This document shows, piece after piece, positions 24,149-37,400 of a stretch of 64,000 nucleotides of DNA; position 1 is the first letter of the stretch; each line of letters starts with the position of its first letter. The notes under the pieces were generated by a model. That model ran no database searches and was not told the DNA's origin. It saw only the letters and a list, made by a program, of their open reading frames with translations. Made by a program: the position numbers and the translations under genes. This DNA is from Octopus vulgaris (lineage: Eukaryota), in NCBI GenBank assembly GCA_951406725.2, contig OX597819.1, forward strand, positions 77,190,001 to 77,254,000, read 5' to 3'.

Positions 24149-25553
24149 GTCAGTAAACTACTGCACTGTGTGTATAAATATGTGTATATATAGTGGTGAG
24201 TGTATGCAAGTTGTATGTAAATGATCGACTTTCTTTTGAAAATATTTACCTATTCTTTATTCTTAGTTATTAAAAAGAAACTTTATAATCATCTGATATT
24301 GAAAAATTGTTTATCTTTTCTGTGTATTACACATCAGAGATTTGAGTGTGTTGCAATTATGTATTATTGTGTTGCGATTTAGCTTACATCTTGATCTAGT
24401 ACCATGCCAAATATCTTGCTTTAGGCTGGATAAATGCAATAAATTATATTAATCATAAATGATGCTATAAGTATCGTAGATTTTGTGAACTTGCCATGAA
24501 ACTTTTACTATGTTTGGTAAGACCAGTGACAGCTGTTATTGAATTTACTGTTGCTGAGAGAGAAAAATGCATTATTAGCAGTACCATTATGCAATTCTAA
24601 GGGAGTCTTAAGTCTGGTTAATAAAAGCATAAAACTTTGAATTTTGTAATATGTATCATAAATAATAGAAAAAAGTGGGGGAAATATCAGTGCATTTAGT
24701 GATTCCTGTATTCATGCATGTAAGCAATTTTTTTTAAATATTTGTTTTTTAAGTAACAGGCTTCTAATATAAAATAAAGGATACCATAATACAAAACAAA
24801 AAATGGAAGCAATTGATTCCTCTTCTGTATATCGTGCTGACCTGAGGTTTAGTACACCTCTGTATTATGGTACTCAGTAGCAGATGTTCTCTACTGAACT
24901 AAATTAAACTATTTAGCTAAAAAAGAAGAAAATTTATTGATTTTTACTTTTCTTTTCCATTCATGTCTCTTTGATGTTAGTAACTTGCATAGGAATTAGG
25001 CTTATAAGATCCAAGTAAACTGCAACTTCTACTTATTCTTTCTTAGCCATTGTTTTTAGGCTGCTATTACTGTTACCAGTCTGCAATTTAGTATTTCTGT
25101 GGGAAGCAGCATCTGTTAGAATTGTTCTCCATTTTCTATTCTCTCTGATTAATTTTGTTTGGTTAAAGTGAATGACTTAATTTTCCAATCAATTTTTAAG
25201 GTAGTTTCTCTGCAGTTCACATAATGTAGTTTAAATGGTCACTTATGTTGTGACTTTGTATATGTGTGTGTGTGTGTAATAGTTGATATTTACTAATTCT
25301 ACTATATTCATACATACACAATAAATAAATAAATAAATATATATATATATATAACATCTATGTAACATATATATGTGTGTGTATTATGCAATCAAATAGT
25401 TATTAGTTATATATTATTTTTTTATTCAGCTCCATGCAGCTTAGAGTTTCTTAGACTCATTCACCAAATCTCTTGGTCTGATGAGTTCAGTTCAATGAAC
25501 AAGCTCATGTAAATTCAAGTTGCATGGAGCTTCCTGCTCCATGTGCCTATATA

Positions 25554-25642
25554 TACAGGGGGTCTATAAAGTCCATGTGCAATTTAATTCCATCATGCTA
25601 CAAGTATTTTAATTTGCACATTGATTTTATAGCAACTCTGTA
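25554..25642. mobile_element. Short TA-flanked MITE (Tc1/mariner-like)
   Basis: Imperfect inverted ends CAGGGGGTCTATAAAGTCCATGTGCAATT / AATTTGCACATTGATTTTATAGCAACTCTG. Confidence 0.5.
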
Positions 25643-25651
25643 TGTATGTGT

Positions 25652-25690
<39 letters not shown>

Positions 25691-25794
25691 ATCGAAATAA
25701 GCAACAGGATATCAAGTAGCAATGCAGTACAACTGTTTCAAGTGGCTCCATTTAAGTGAACAGTGTGATGCTCTTGTAATCCCAAGGTGCAGCG

Positions 25795-26460
25795 TCATAT
25801 GTTAGCTATGTCATGTTTCTGTGGAAGACATCATGCATGTGATTAGCAGCTGTCCTAAAATGTCATCAAGATACTACTTCTTTATGTGGCACAATGTTGT
25901 TGCTGAAACAATTTACAATGCCATCTGCAAAAAAGACTGTCCTGAAATAAACTTAGAAAATCCCTTTTATGGAATACATTCCTAAACACCAACTCAAGGA
26001 ATACTGGTGGAATATTCCCATCAAAACTTCTGTCAAATATAAACATAACAGGCCAGATATTGTTGTTTGGGACAGAGGGGCAAAGGTATGTACTATCATA
26101 GAGGTCAGCTGCCCTGCAGACATAAATATCTCTTTGAAAATCAAAAACAAAAAAAGTATATTTATGGACAGCTGTTTCAAAACCTCCAGCTTCTATATCT
26201 AGACTATGAATTCATATTCATACCAATAATAATTGGAGTACTAGATTTTGTTTGTAAATGCTTAAAGGAGGATCTAGATAAACTGGAGTTTTCAGAAAGA
26301 GAAATCAACTGGCTAATTCGTACATTACAAGTGCAATCTGTGTGTGGAACAGTAAAAATATGCAAGACTTTTCTCAAGTTCTAAATGTGAATTTGTCTGT
26401 GTTAACTACATCCCAAAGATGGAGCCTTGTATCTTTGTTGGAAACCTGCTCTCTCCTCAT
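25795..26460 (+). mobile_element. 5'-truncated R4/Dong-like non-LTR retrotransposon (zinc knuckle plus restriction-like endonuclease), frameshifted
   Basis: VEDIMHVISSCP...HNVVA...YWWNIPIKT...NRPDIVVWD...IIEVSCP...IPIIIG...ICKTFLKF*; ORFs 25969-26202 and 26067-26384 are two frames of one broken ORF. Confidence 0.85.
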
Positions 26461-28401
26461 AATTATAATAATTAAAAAATAGAAGACACACATACATACA
26501 TACTGAGTAATTATAAAATCCATGTGCAAATTTTATATATATATATATATATATATATGATATGATATGTATTCAATGTATGAATATAGACCAGTATTAA
26601 TATCAACTATTTTATTGTTATTCTCACTGTTATTGTTATTCATGAATGAGTACCACTACAATGGAGTAAATTCTCAATGACTTAGTTTCCATTCTCAGCC
26701 AGGTTGGAAACATTTTATTTTATTCTTTTTCATCACTTTTGCCTTTTGGTTAAAGCATGAATGTCACAAATTTGTGTTCTACCCTTGAAAAATATCTCAG
26801 CAACTACATATGTGAAAAAATAAAAATGATTTCAATGACAGAAATATAAGTTGAGATATACACCAAAACGCCACACAGATTTGAACTGGAAATTCATGCT
26901 TGTTGATAAGATAAGTATAGCGACATACTAGATGGTGATTCAAGCAAATACAGCTCCTCTTCTAATAAAACTGGCAGCTGAGATTCAAACTATTTGGTTA
27001 TAAAGTCTGTTAAACATATGAAACGTGCTGCTATTCTTATCAATATTGTTAGTTTGAGTGTCTGTTGTTTTTAGAAGCCTATCTGATGACTATTAAAGTT
27101 TGACCAGTTTTCTGATGAAAACTCTCGCCGCATTTTTGCGTCACAAAAAGGTTGTTATCATTTCATCCAGAGACTCTCGCAATACTCTTCTCCCGTATCG
27201 GTTGTAAACCCTGTCTGAACATGTTTATGAATGATTTCGATATTATTTGCTATGCTGTCACACTGTTTTTATGTACCATTTGTAAAAAATGTTTCTTCAT
27301 TGTTACATTCTTCCTCTTCTTACTATCATTATATCAAGCCTGGAAGTTTAAGAGGGCAACTTCACCTTTCATCCTTCCAAGATTGATTTTTTAAAAAAAT
27401 GAGTACCAGTCAAAAACTGGGGGTCAATATATTTCACTGTTCCCGTTCACCCCATGACTAGCATTATGCCTAAATAAGAAAATAATAATAATAATAACAA
27501 TAATATCATTATTATTATCATTATTATTTCTCACCCTTCCCATCACTGTATTTTTCTTTTGTTTTTACTTCATTTTAAAAGAATTTTATTTCTTTTCTTT
27601 TGTTTTTTGTTTTACTTTTTGTTTTTTATTTTGTTTTGTACTTTTTGTTTCTTTTTATTTTTTATACTTTTCCTTTTTTTTTCATTTTAATTTTTGTTTC
27701 ATATACATAAAAAAAAATTTTCTCTTTCCATTTAAAAAAAATTCTTTGAAGAAAATTTATTTTTCTAAATTGAAATAATTACAAACTTTATATAATTTCG
27801 GCTTCTTCAATAGAATTTCTAAAATAATTTTTTATCTTTTTATTTTTATTATTGATTTTGTTCCTGTACCCAACAAATATTGTGACCTTTCAGTTTTGAC
27901 CCCTTGCTTCAAATTGTATGGTTGTGGCTGCTTACCTACCCTACCCATCTACCTGTTCGATTCCACTATTCAATAGTGCTGCTGGCATTCACTAGCACAT
28001 AATAATGATGGACTCTCCCATCAAAAATGACATAAGTGTGTTTTTTTTGTGTTTTTTTGTTTTGACATATAAGTGCTTTTTTGTCGAATGACCTGCACAA
28101 AAGATTTGTTTACAGTGATCAATTTATGTCATATATTAGATCACTCCCTCCATCAAATTGACTCTTCCTGGACAAGTCAGGTGTTGAAATGATCATAGAA
28201 CAACATGAAATGAAGTGTTTCACTCAAGAATACAATGAACCACCACCGAGTCTAGGAATTGAAACCACAATCTTGCTATCGTAAGTGTAAACATTTTAAC
28301 CAATATGCCAATAGTAATGATGATGATAATTATAATAATAATTTTAATATCAATAATATTATCATTGATATTATCATTTTTGTTGTTGTCATTATTATTG
28401 G

Positions 28402-28682
28402 CCTAGTGGTGAGGGTGTTGCACTTATGATTGCAAGATTGTGGTTTCAATTCTTAGAGCAGGTGGTATATTGTATTCTTGAGCAAAACACTTCATCTCAC
28501 ATTGCTCTGGGGATCACTTCAACACCTGACACTTGGTACACCATGCACCTGTCTGGGCAATGTCAATTTGATGGAGGGAGTGAGCTATGTACAGCACATG
28601 CATTTGATCACTGTAAACAAATCATTTGTGCAGGCCATCCAGCAAAAGCTGAACACTTGTACATTGTCTTCAGTAGGAGAGT
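28402..28682 (+). mobile_element. tRNA-derived SINE copy (diverged)
   Basis: GGCCTAGTGGTGAGGG...GGTTTCAATTC...TCTTGAGCAAAACACTTCA. Confidence 0.55.
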
Positions 28683-30255
28683 CCATCATCATCATCATCA
28701 TAATTATTATTATTATTATTATTATTAAAAAGAGAATACTGATATAGTGTAACTCATTCCATGGAGAACTCTGGTGACTACTTGTGAATGATGGTATTTC
28801 TCTCTCTCTCTTACAGTTGCCTCTTTTCTTTTGTGAAATGCATATAAATAAATAAATAAATAATAGGCAAATAAAACAATCATACATTCATCCATCAAAG
28901 CCAGCTAGCCAGGTGGAAGCAATGAAGAAAAGATTATTTTTCATAATGAAATTCCTTTTGCAGTGACGACAAAATTAAGCCTAAGATTTCGATTTGTCTC
29001 CCTTTGATTTTCAAAAGTGTATTTTTCCCCCACCAAACTCCATATTATTGTTCCCTGCCATGCCTGTTGCTAGATATTTCCCCCCCTTCTGTTTTTTGTT
29101 TTGTTATGCTTGTTTACAGTGAAGCTTCATTGTATTTCATTCAGTATTTCATTGTTTTGGCTGTTGGTGTTATTTTTGCTCTTTGCTTAGTTGTGCAGTT
29201 TCTGTTTCTTACCACTGTAGCAATCAGGATTGTTTACCGTCAAATTTCGCTTCCTGTCAGTTTATGCCAGGCACAAAACAAAAACCTATCAAATTAACTA
29301 CCAAAACAGAAATCACGAGAATAGTGTAGATATGTGTATTTCATATATGCATATGTATGTATACAGTGTCGCTTATGTGCGTTATGGCTTACATGCATAA
29401 AATTTTAAAGTGCCATGAATATATGTTTGTTATAAAGCATGCAGAGTTCATTATGTGCTTTTGTAACTATGTTTAAATCCTTACCATAGTTGTACACAGG
29501 TAGCTCTGTGGATACCAGTAATCTTTAGTGGGCATGAAGCTCAAGTCCTACCTGTTGTGACCTCTCATTTACTCTTTCTCCTCTTTTATTTTCACCCACC
29601 CACCCCCACCTCTCTCTCCCTGTCTGTCTGATTTCAACAATGTGTGTGGTCCAATGGTTTGATCAATGGAACATCCTACTCTGAATTAAGGTGCCAGTTG
29701 CTAACTATTGCACACACAAACATACCCTTAACATAACACTCAAGGAGAATTAGCATGGCTGTGTGACAAGGCTGGGCCTGAGAATTACAAGGACTGTTTC
29801 CTTTGATATGCTTCCAAACAGTTTCTCTCTACCTTTGGGACAACTCGAGGCTATGGTACAAGATACTTTTCCAAGATGCCATGTACTTGGCCAATTCTTT
29901 ATTCTTTCATTCTTCTTTCTAGTTTTTCATTGGTTATTTTGCAAATCAAAAGTTTTCTCGTCTGTCTGTCTCCTCCTTTCCTCCTTGTCATCTTTTCTCT
30001 TTTGTTCCTATCAGTTCCTCCCTCACCCTTTCCCTCTTTCCCTAATATCTCTTATTGTCTTTGCTACATTCTTCCCCCCCACCCACACTCGCACATGTTT
30101 TCTTTTTTTGTTGCCCCTTGAAATTACTGCCCTTTATTTGCATTAAGATCCCTTATTGTCCAGGCTTTTGTCTGTGGGTTCATGTGACCATAACAGTGTA
30201 TGTATTGCAGGAATGCAGTATGCATGTATGTGTTTGTGTATATGCACATATATAC

Positions 30256-30305
<50 letters not shown>

Positions 30306-30495
30306 GTACCTATGGTTTAATATTGATGATGTTACTTTTTGTATATGTTAATAATGCAAACCTCTTTCTCTCTTTCTTTCTCTCTCTCTCTTTCCCATTT
30401 TTTTTTATTGTATGCATTGCTTCTTGCTGGAGTCTTTGGAAGACATTTTAAACTGCAAGCAGAAAAAACTTGAGTTTTCTGTTTTTGTTTTTCAG

Positions 30496-30498
30496 AAG
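30496..30498 (+). CDS. NCX: Candidate 3-nt microexon AAG, adding one Glu (NA-G to NA-E-G)
   Basis: GTTTTCTGTTTTTGTTTTTCAG|AAG|GTAAGA: strong acceptor and consensus donor 3 nt apart; frame-neutral between phase-1 junctions (GCA G|AA G|GA). Confidence 0.6.
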
Positions 30499-33400
30499 GT
30501 AAGAAAACAAACAAAGAAAAAAAAAACTATCACCAAATATCTTTTCTCATTTTCTATTAGCAATGGCTATTTCTTCACTTACCTTCTTACATCACTTTTA
30601 TTTATTTTTTTTTTCCTTTCGTTCCTTTCTTTCAAACACTTTTTAAAATCTAATTTGAAAGGCTCCTTTTTAGTACTCACTAGCTCACTCACTCTACTCA
30701 TTCTTTCTCATCTGCTTGCTAGTCAAACTTACTCTTTACTGCTTGTCTGCTAAATAGCATTATTCTACCACCTTTCTCTTTACTATTTTTCCTCTTTTCC
30801 AAGTCTTTAAACTTTAGTCTTCTGTTTTATTTCCTCACTTTTTTTTTCTCTCTTGAAAGCCCTTTTGCATAAAATATTAAAAAAAAAAAAAATAGTAGCA
30901 TTTCACACTTAAACTTTTGCTTCACTAATTATTATATATAAAGTAAAAATATATATTATGTTTAAAGGGACACGTACTAGAAATGTCCCATACCCTGTTT
31001 CATATAGGTGCTTAATGCTAATTACAGCAATGGTGAATGCCCAGATCTATATAACTAAACTGGCAAAGAAGGAAAAGAGAAGGATCAGTTTGTATAGTAT
31101 ATTTAGTTTCCACTTGATTTGTCCGGTAGTTCAAAGACTTAGTTCATGATCATAAGGTTAGGGGTTCAATTCCTAGTTTAGGCATTGCGTTGTGTCCTTG
31201 AGCAAGATAATTCATTACATGTTGCTTCAATCAACTCAGCCAAAAATGAATACCAGCCAAGTGCTTGATGCTCATGCAGCCCTCTCTCCATCCATCTATG
31301 ATATCCTGTATGCTCTGTTGAGTCAAGAGTGGAGGAACCAAGAGGGTTTCAGTGTCTACTCTCAACTGCATAGGACTCTAAAAAAAAGTAATTAACAAAA
31401 GAATAGTCTATAAATTCCTTTTTATAATTTGAAAAATTCAGAAAAATCTGAAAAATAAGGATAAATTAGCAGAATTTATTGGAAAGCATGGACAAACAAA
31501 TAGCATTATTATAAGAGGAGTAGGGGCTGAAACCGGACGTGGTTCCTCCTGATGATGTCTTGAGCTAACTGGATCCTATAAAGGAGCTGTTGTAGTAGCA
31601 GACCACAAAACACGGTTGTAATTCCTTATTATTATAATAGCTTTATTATATTTATATTATATTATTTTTAATATTATTATTATAATATTATATTATTTTT
31701 ATTAAAATTATTATAATAGCTTTATTATCAGTTGAACCATCCAACCCATGCTAGCATGGAAAGTGGACATTAAACGATGATGATGATGATGATGATGATA
31801 AACAGCAGAACACTTCCACATGGGCTTCATTGTTTGCAAAGAAGTTGATTGCTGGATCTCAACTTTAATAGATACTATAAATTGTGGAAGTTGTAAAGAT
31901 GATTTTTGAACACTCTGTATATGCTTCCAAGCCATCCTCAATTTCTGAGTGACTGCCAAAGGAGTAGAGCTGCTTTTATCTTCTCTATCTCTCTAGGAGT
32001 TATGAAAGTGGTATTATATTTAAACTGATTATATTCCCACCTCTCCTGAATAGATTAAAAAAAACAAACCCATATGTAACAATATATATTGGTTATGTGT
32101 ATAACACTGTAAGATTAAAATGGTATATTACTGCATCCATTTGTGTTGTATCCATGAATGAGGCACATAACTCTGTCTGCTCCAGTTTGCTTGGCAGACA
32201 AAAGTGCTTGTTCCACTCCTACGTAAGTGTGTAGGAGGAATTGCATGTATAGGAATAAGAACATCCAGGTGTAAAAACATTTGCTTCACCAACAATAATA
32301 TTAATGACTAAAAAACAAGCCATCACCACATACTACTTTGGAAAATGAATATAAGGCAGTAAATAAATAAAAAAAAAAGGCTTGTGTACTTTACATAATA
32401 CACATAACACACCAAACTTCAGATGCATGCTGATACTGCAAAATGAAAGAAAATATTCGAGATGATCGAATATCTTTCTGTCAGTTCATGCTTAATGCCA
32501 AGAATAATATTCTTTATTATTTGAATGGCCACTTTTCTATGCCTGCATGGGTTGGACAACATTTGTGAAGGCAGATTTTCAATGGCTGGATGCCCTTCCT
32601 TATCATCAACCCCCTTCTGTTTCCAAATTAGCTAATATTTCCCCATGGTTGAACATGTTTTCACAGATGTTTGGAAACAAAGGACGCAGTTTGTATGAGA
32701 GTAACACTTGTTTGCACCAATCATGCACACACACACACACACACATATACGTATATATCTATAATGGGCTCCATTTGGTTAGTTTCCATCTCGTAGGCCA
32801 GGGATTATAGAAGACATCTGCACAATCTGCACCACTGGGACTGAACCTAGAGCCAACTGGTCAGGAAGCAAGCTTATTAACACTTGCACCCATATATTCT
32901 AGTTAGCAGTTTTCTGTTTCCAACCACTGGGATCATGAGTAATCATCACTGAACAGTAAATTGAATTTCTCACAAGCAGGTGAATCTAGAATTTTAAGAG
33001 ACAGTTCAGTCCGTGAAAAAAAAACTTATTTTTTTTTTTTTGGGGGGGAGGGGGTTATCCTATCTGGGATGTAATGAACTGGCTCTTATGGATTTCTCTT
33101 TGAGACATAAACATCTAACAAGACTATGATTCACAAATGGACATATCAGGTAGAGAAACTAATAGTAGCCTAAAAATACATCTTTGTATACTGCAAATAA
33201 ATACTGAAATCAGATTGTAGCATACAAGGATTGATGATAATGAGACTTTGAGAGTATTGCATACAAATACATCATCGTCAACATTTAACATCCATTTTCT
33301 ATGCTGGCATGTGTTGGACATTTTGACAGGATCTGGCAAGCCTTAGGGCTGTGTCAAACTCCTGTGTCAACTTTGACATCATTTCTATGACTAGATGCTC

Positions 33401-34362
33401 TTTCAAACACCAACCACTTTTCAGAGTGAATTGAGTGTTTCTTCACACCACCAGATTAAAGCACTCACATTTTAACACACCCAAAGTCAATAGTATTATA
33501 TGTGATTTCAGAAGAATAATAGAATTAAATCTGATGTATCCTGGCCTATGACACATCATTTAGTATGCACATACTGATGACATCTTATCTAATAAAATTA
33601 AGCTAGGAGTACAACATAAACAAAATGCAATTGAGTGTGTGTTGCTGTATGTAAATGTACTTCTATATATCGCTGTGTCATGCCTAACAAACAGGATCTT
33701 TGACTTATACAGCCTTTAACATAATTTGATTTTGATGAAGTGAGATAGCAATAATTTCAAATTCGAGAATAGATATGACAGCAATGGAAATCTTGCCAAG
33801 CTTAAAGTGCAATATTTTAACATGGTAATAAAACTGATATTTTCAGCCTGTTGCCTTTCAAGAAAGTTTGTCACACAACACCAGAATTCCTTGGAACTAC
33901 TTTTACACTTAATTAGCTCTCCAAACAGAAGCCAGTAGCATCTTGTTGATTGGAAGAATAGCTCAATTAACAGAAAATAAAATATGAATTAAAAATTTCT
34001 GCTCAAATTTTGTTCCTTTTCTCCCACTTTAGCATATTGAGTTTTGATTTTATTAGAGTAAATTAATGATATTCCATTAGTCTTGCTTGCTGCAATAGCT
34101 TTAGACTTTTTAGATGCTTATATAGTTTGCTAGCTAGCTCTCAGATGTAAACTTTTTATTGCAGTGATGTTTGATTACATTCATATATATATATGTATCT
34201 ATATACTTATATATGTAAATGATAATGTATGTGTATACACACACACATAATTTTGTAAGTATAATAATACCTAACTATGAGTTGAATAAGAGTGTGCTTA
34301 ACTCACATTGAAGGTCTATGTTTAAATTTATTTCAGTTCTTCTGATTTAAGATGTGTTGAGG

Positions 34363-34484
<122 letters not shown>

Positions 34485-35190
34485 CAATTTTATATTGTTC
34501 AAGAGATATGTACATATCATTGCCCTCATCATTGTCTAAACACCTACTTCCTCATACTTGCATTGGCCACATAACAATGCATTGAAGTCGATAGATTTTT
34601 CTAAATGTGGCTGCACTTCCAGTTGCCAATACCCACCTGTTTTTGAAGCAAGATAATAGTCACTCAGTCTATTGAACAACAAACAATTTGGACGTAGTTA
34701 TACAGAGAAGTGGAACACAGACGACAGTGCATAAAGGAATATTTTGTTTACAAAGATTGTGCAACATGTCAAGATATATCGAGGAGCCCAGACATGCTTT
34801 TGTGGTGAACCGCAAGCAAATAGCACTATGTGCATGAACAGTAAAGTCATTGCGTGCAACCAGCTTGCATGGGTTGGACACATGTGAAAATGAGGGAAAA
34901 TATGAACTCACTGATGCATATGCGTGTGTGTATATGTGTGTGCGCACACAGACACACACACAGCTAGCTTCTCTTAGTTTCTGTATACCAAATCTATTCA
35001 CAAGGCTACAGTGGAAAATATTTTACTGAAGTGGCATGCAGTGAGATTGAACTTGAAACCATGTGGTTGGCAAGTGAACCTCACACTCACACATATGTGA
35101 ATTTGAGTGTGTGCATGTTTATACATGTAGTATATATTCATATTACGCACACTCATATATATGTATCTATGCATGCATTATATATATATA

Positions 35191-35442
35191 TAGGAGAGTA
35201 TTGTAGTTCGCTTGAAGCACTGTGTATTGTTTAAAGAATAAAAAGTTTCAAATGGTACAACAATGCACTATAATACAGACATTGTCTACCATTCAAAACT
35301 TTTTATTCTTTACAAACAATACACAATGCTTCAAGCAAACTACAATAGTCTCCTATCTCTACACCTGGGTCAGGCCGAGTTCACAACTGCTATACCCCAT
35401 TGTCTGTATTATAGTGCATTGTTGTACCATTCAAAACTTTTT
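35191..35442. repeat. Three-armed inverted repeat (fold-back element)
   Basis: 35191-35257 is a near-perfect reverse complement of 35287-35355; 35240-35283 is also complementary to 35399-35442. Confidence 0.85.
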
Positions 35443-36029
35443 GTTATGTATATATATATATATTTGTATGTATGCATTTATATGTAGGTGTGCATGCATA
35501 TATATATATGTCTGTATGTACCCAAAATTGCATATGTATACATGCATTTATATATGTGTGTGTGTGTGTGTGTGTGTATTTGTTTATATATTTGCGTGTA
35601 TGTGTTCTATGTTATATATTCTCATATGTAAAACAAATTCTTACCAAAATGCTTAGGTTAACTATTGAAAGCTATATTAAAAGTGGCAGCCATCAAGAAA
35701 ATCTACTGAAAAGCCAAAATATTTCCTTTACATATTAGAAGCAAAAATGTGCTTGCAAAGAATTAGAGGAACACTGTCTACATTATATATCATCAATGTC
35801 TTGGAAAATGTTTATCGAGGAAAAACTCATTGTGTATCTAAAGCTTACTAAATGATACCTAGTCTCATTGTTTTTTGGGGGTTTTTTCGTCCATGTTTAT
35901 GCTGTTTCATACAGCCACTGTAAAGCAGTTACTCAAGCATTTATAAGGAGACATTGCAAAGATTTTTGACAAATTTGAGCATAGGACATTGTTACAAACT
36001 TTAAAGAAAATGAGACAGTGGCTGTATGG

Positions 36030-36370
36030 GTAAAGGGTAAAGATCTCCTTCTGTCTCCTTTTGAATGATGATGGGATTGCACCTAGGAAGTTCCCTTCCA
36101 AGGCACAAGATCAGGCATGGCTATTTATGGAAGACCAGCAGTTGCCCGTGCATACCAGCCTCCCTTCTCCATGCCACTGATGTTATCCAAGGGAAAGGCA
36201 AAGGCTGATACAGTTTGGCATCAGTGATGTCACAACTCCTTTCTGCAGCTGAGTGAACTGGAGCAATGTGAAATAAAGTGTTTTGCTCAAGAACACAATG
36301 CACAGCCAGTCCAGGAATTGAACTCACTACCTCATGATTGTGAGCCCAGCACTCTAACCACTGAGCCATG
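36030..36370 (-). mobile_element. tRNA-derived SINE (second family), near full length
   Basis: Minus strand starts ATGGCTCAGTGGTTAGAG (A-box) ... GAGTTCAATTCC (B-box). Confidence 0.8.
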
Positions 36371-36439
36371 TGCTGTATGACTCCCTAAAAAATAGAAAGT
36401 ATGTTGTTTCAGGTAATATTTCTTTGGTGGTTTACATAT

Positions 36440-37400
36440 ACTGAGCAGCTGTACCATAGATGGCCATCTTGGATATTTTATTGTTTGCAATTATTCCATA
36501 TGATTTAATTGTGGTTGTCAGTGCAGCCATCCTCATAATCTTTGCCAATGAGAATTAAACCATCATGAGCAGTAAAATTCCTCCAAAGATATCAAAAGCC
36601 TAAGATGTACTGAAGGAAACATAAAATTTAGTGGCTGAATAAACATAAAATTCAATGGAGATTAGTTTGCTATCAATCCTCTAACACAATACATCCTGTG
36701 TACTGAGTCTCAGAAGAAATTACAGTATCAGTCAGAAATTCTGTAGTGTCTGGAAAATGTAATGACCAATGATGTACTATTCTACATGCAAATGAATGGC
36801 AAAATATTCAGAATAAGAGCACAAGAGATCATGCTTATTCCCTGGAAGACATTTGTTCTCTGTCATTTCTCTCAGCTGTGGCTACTCCTATTACAAAGCT
36901 CACTAGTGATCTAGAGACAGTCCAGAGGACTTACTCAAATAAGAATGATTTTGTGCACCAGGTGAAAAGTTGAGAGGCCTTGTAAACTTTGAAGTTGGGA
37001 CATAAAAAAAGGACAATTTGCAGTCATGTATCTATAAAGTCTGAGATAGAATGGTGCCAAACTTCAACATTGAAACTTACATGAATCCCGGCTCAAGGCA
37101 CCATTTCATAATTCCAAAAGTTCTGATTTTTCCCTTCTATAATGACAAAGTTCTGCAACATTCTGGATTTCAAGAGATTTCAGCTCTTCAATGTTCTCTC
37201 TTGAAACAAGAGAAATGTGTAAATTTGATGTCAGTGTCTTTGTTGAGGATTTGGACATCCTGCTATGTACAATCGACACAGACCTGATGAACTTACATTA
37301 TAGCAGCAAAGACAGGTGAAAGTGGTAAAATTAAACTCCTTCATTCATCAAATCCTGAACACAAAACTGAAATAGATGCCATAGTGATGCCAACTTTTTT
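36440..37400 (+). mobile_element. Degraded CR1/Crack-like LINE RT C-terminal region
   Basis: Fragments DLETVQRTY, MVPNFNIETYMNP...IIPK and PDE resemble CR1-group RT C-termini; many stops and frameshifts. Confidence 0.55.

Noticed and set aside
28964-29007. Possible alternative terminal exon after TTCCTTTTGCAG, giving (V)TTKLSLRFRFVSL* and a truncated NCX
   Set aside because: Only an acceptor-like site supports it; such sites are common in T-rich introns and there is no homology evidence
36290-36370. tRNA-like sequence with A and B boxes (also at ~7495, ~23087, ~28402)
   Set aside because: SINE heads continuing into shared SINE bodies; no intact cloverleaf
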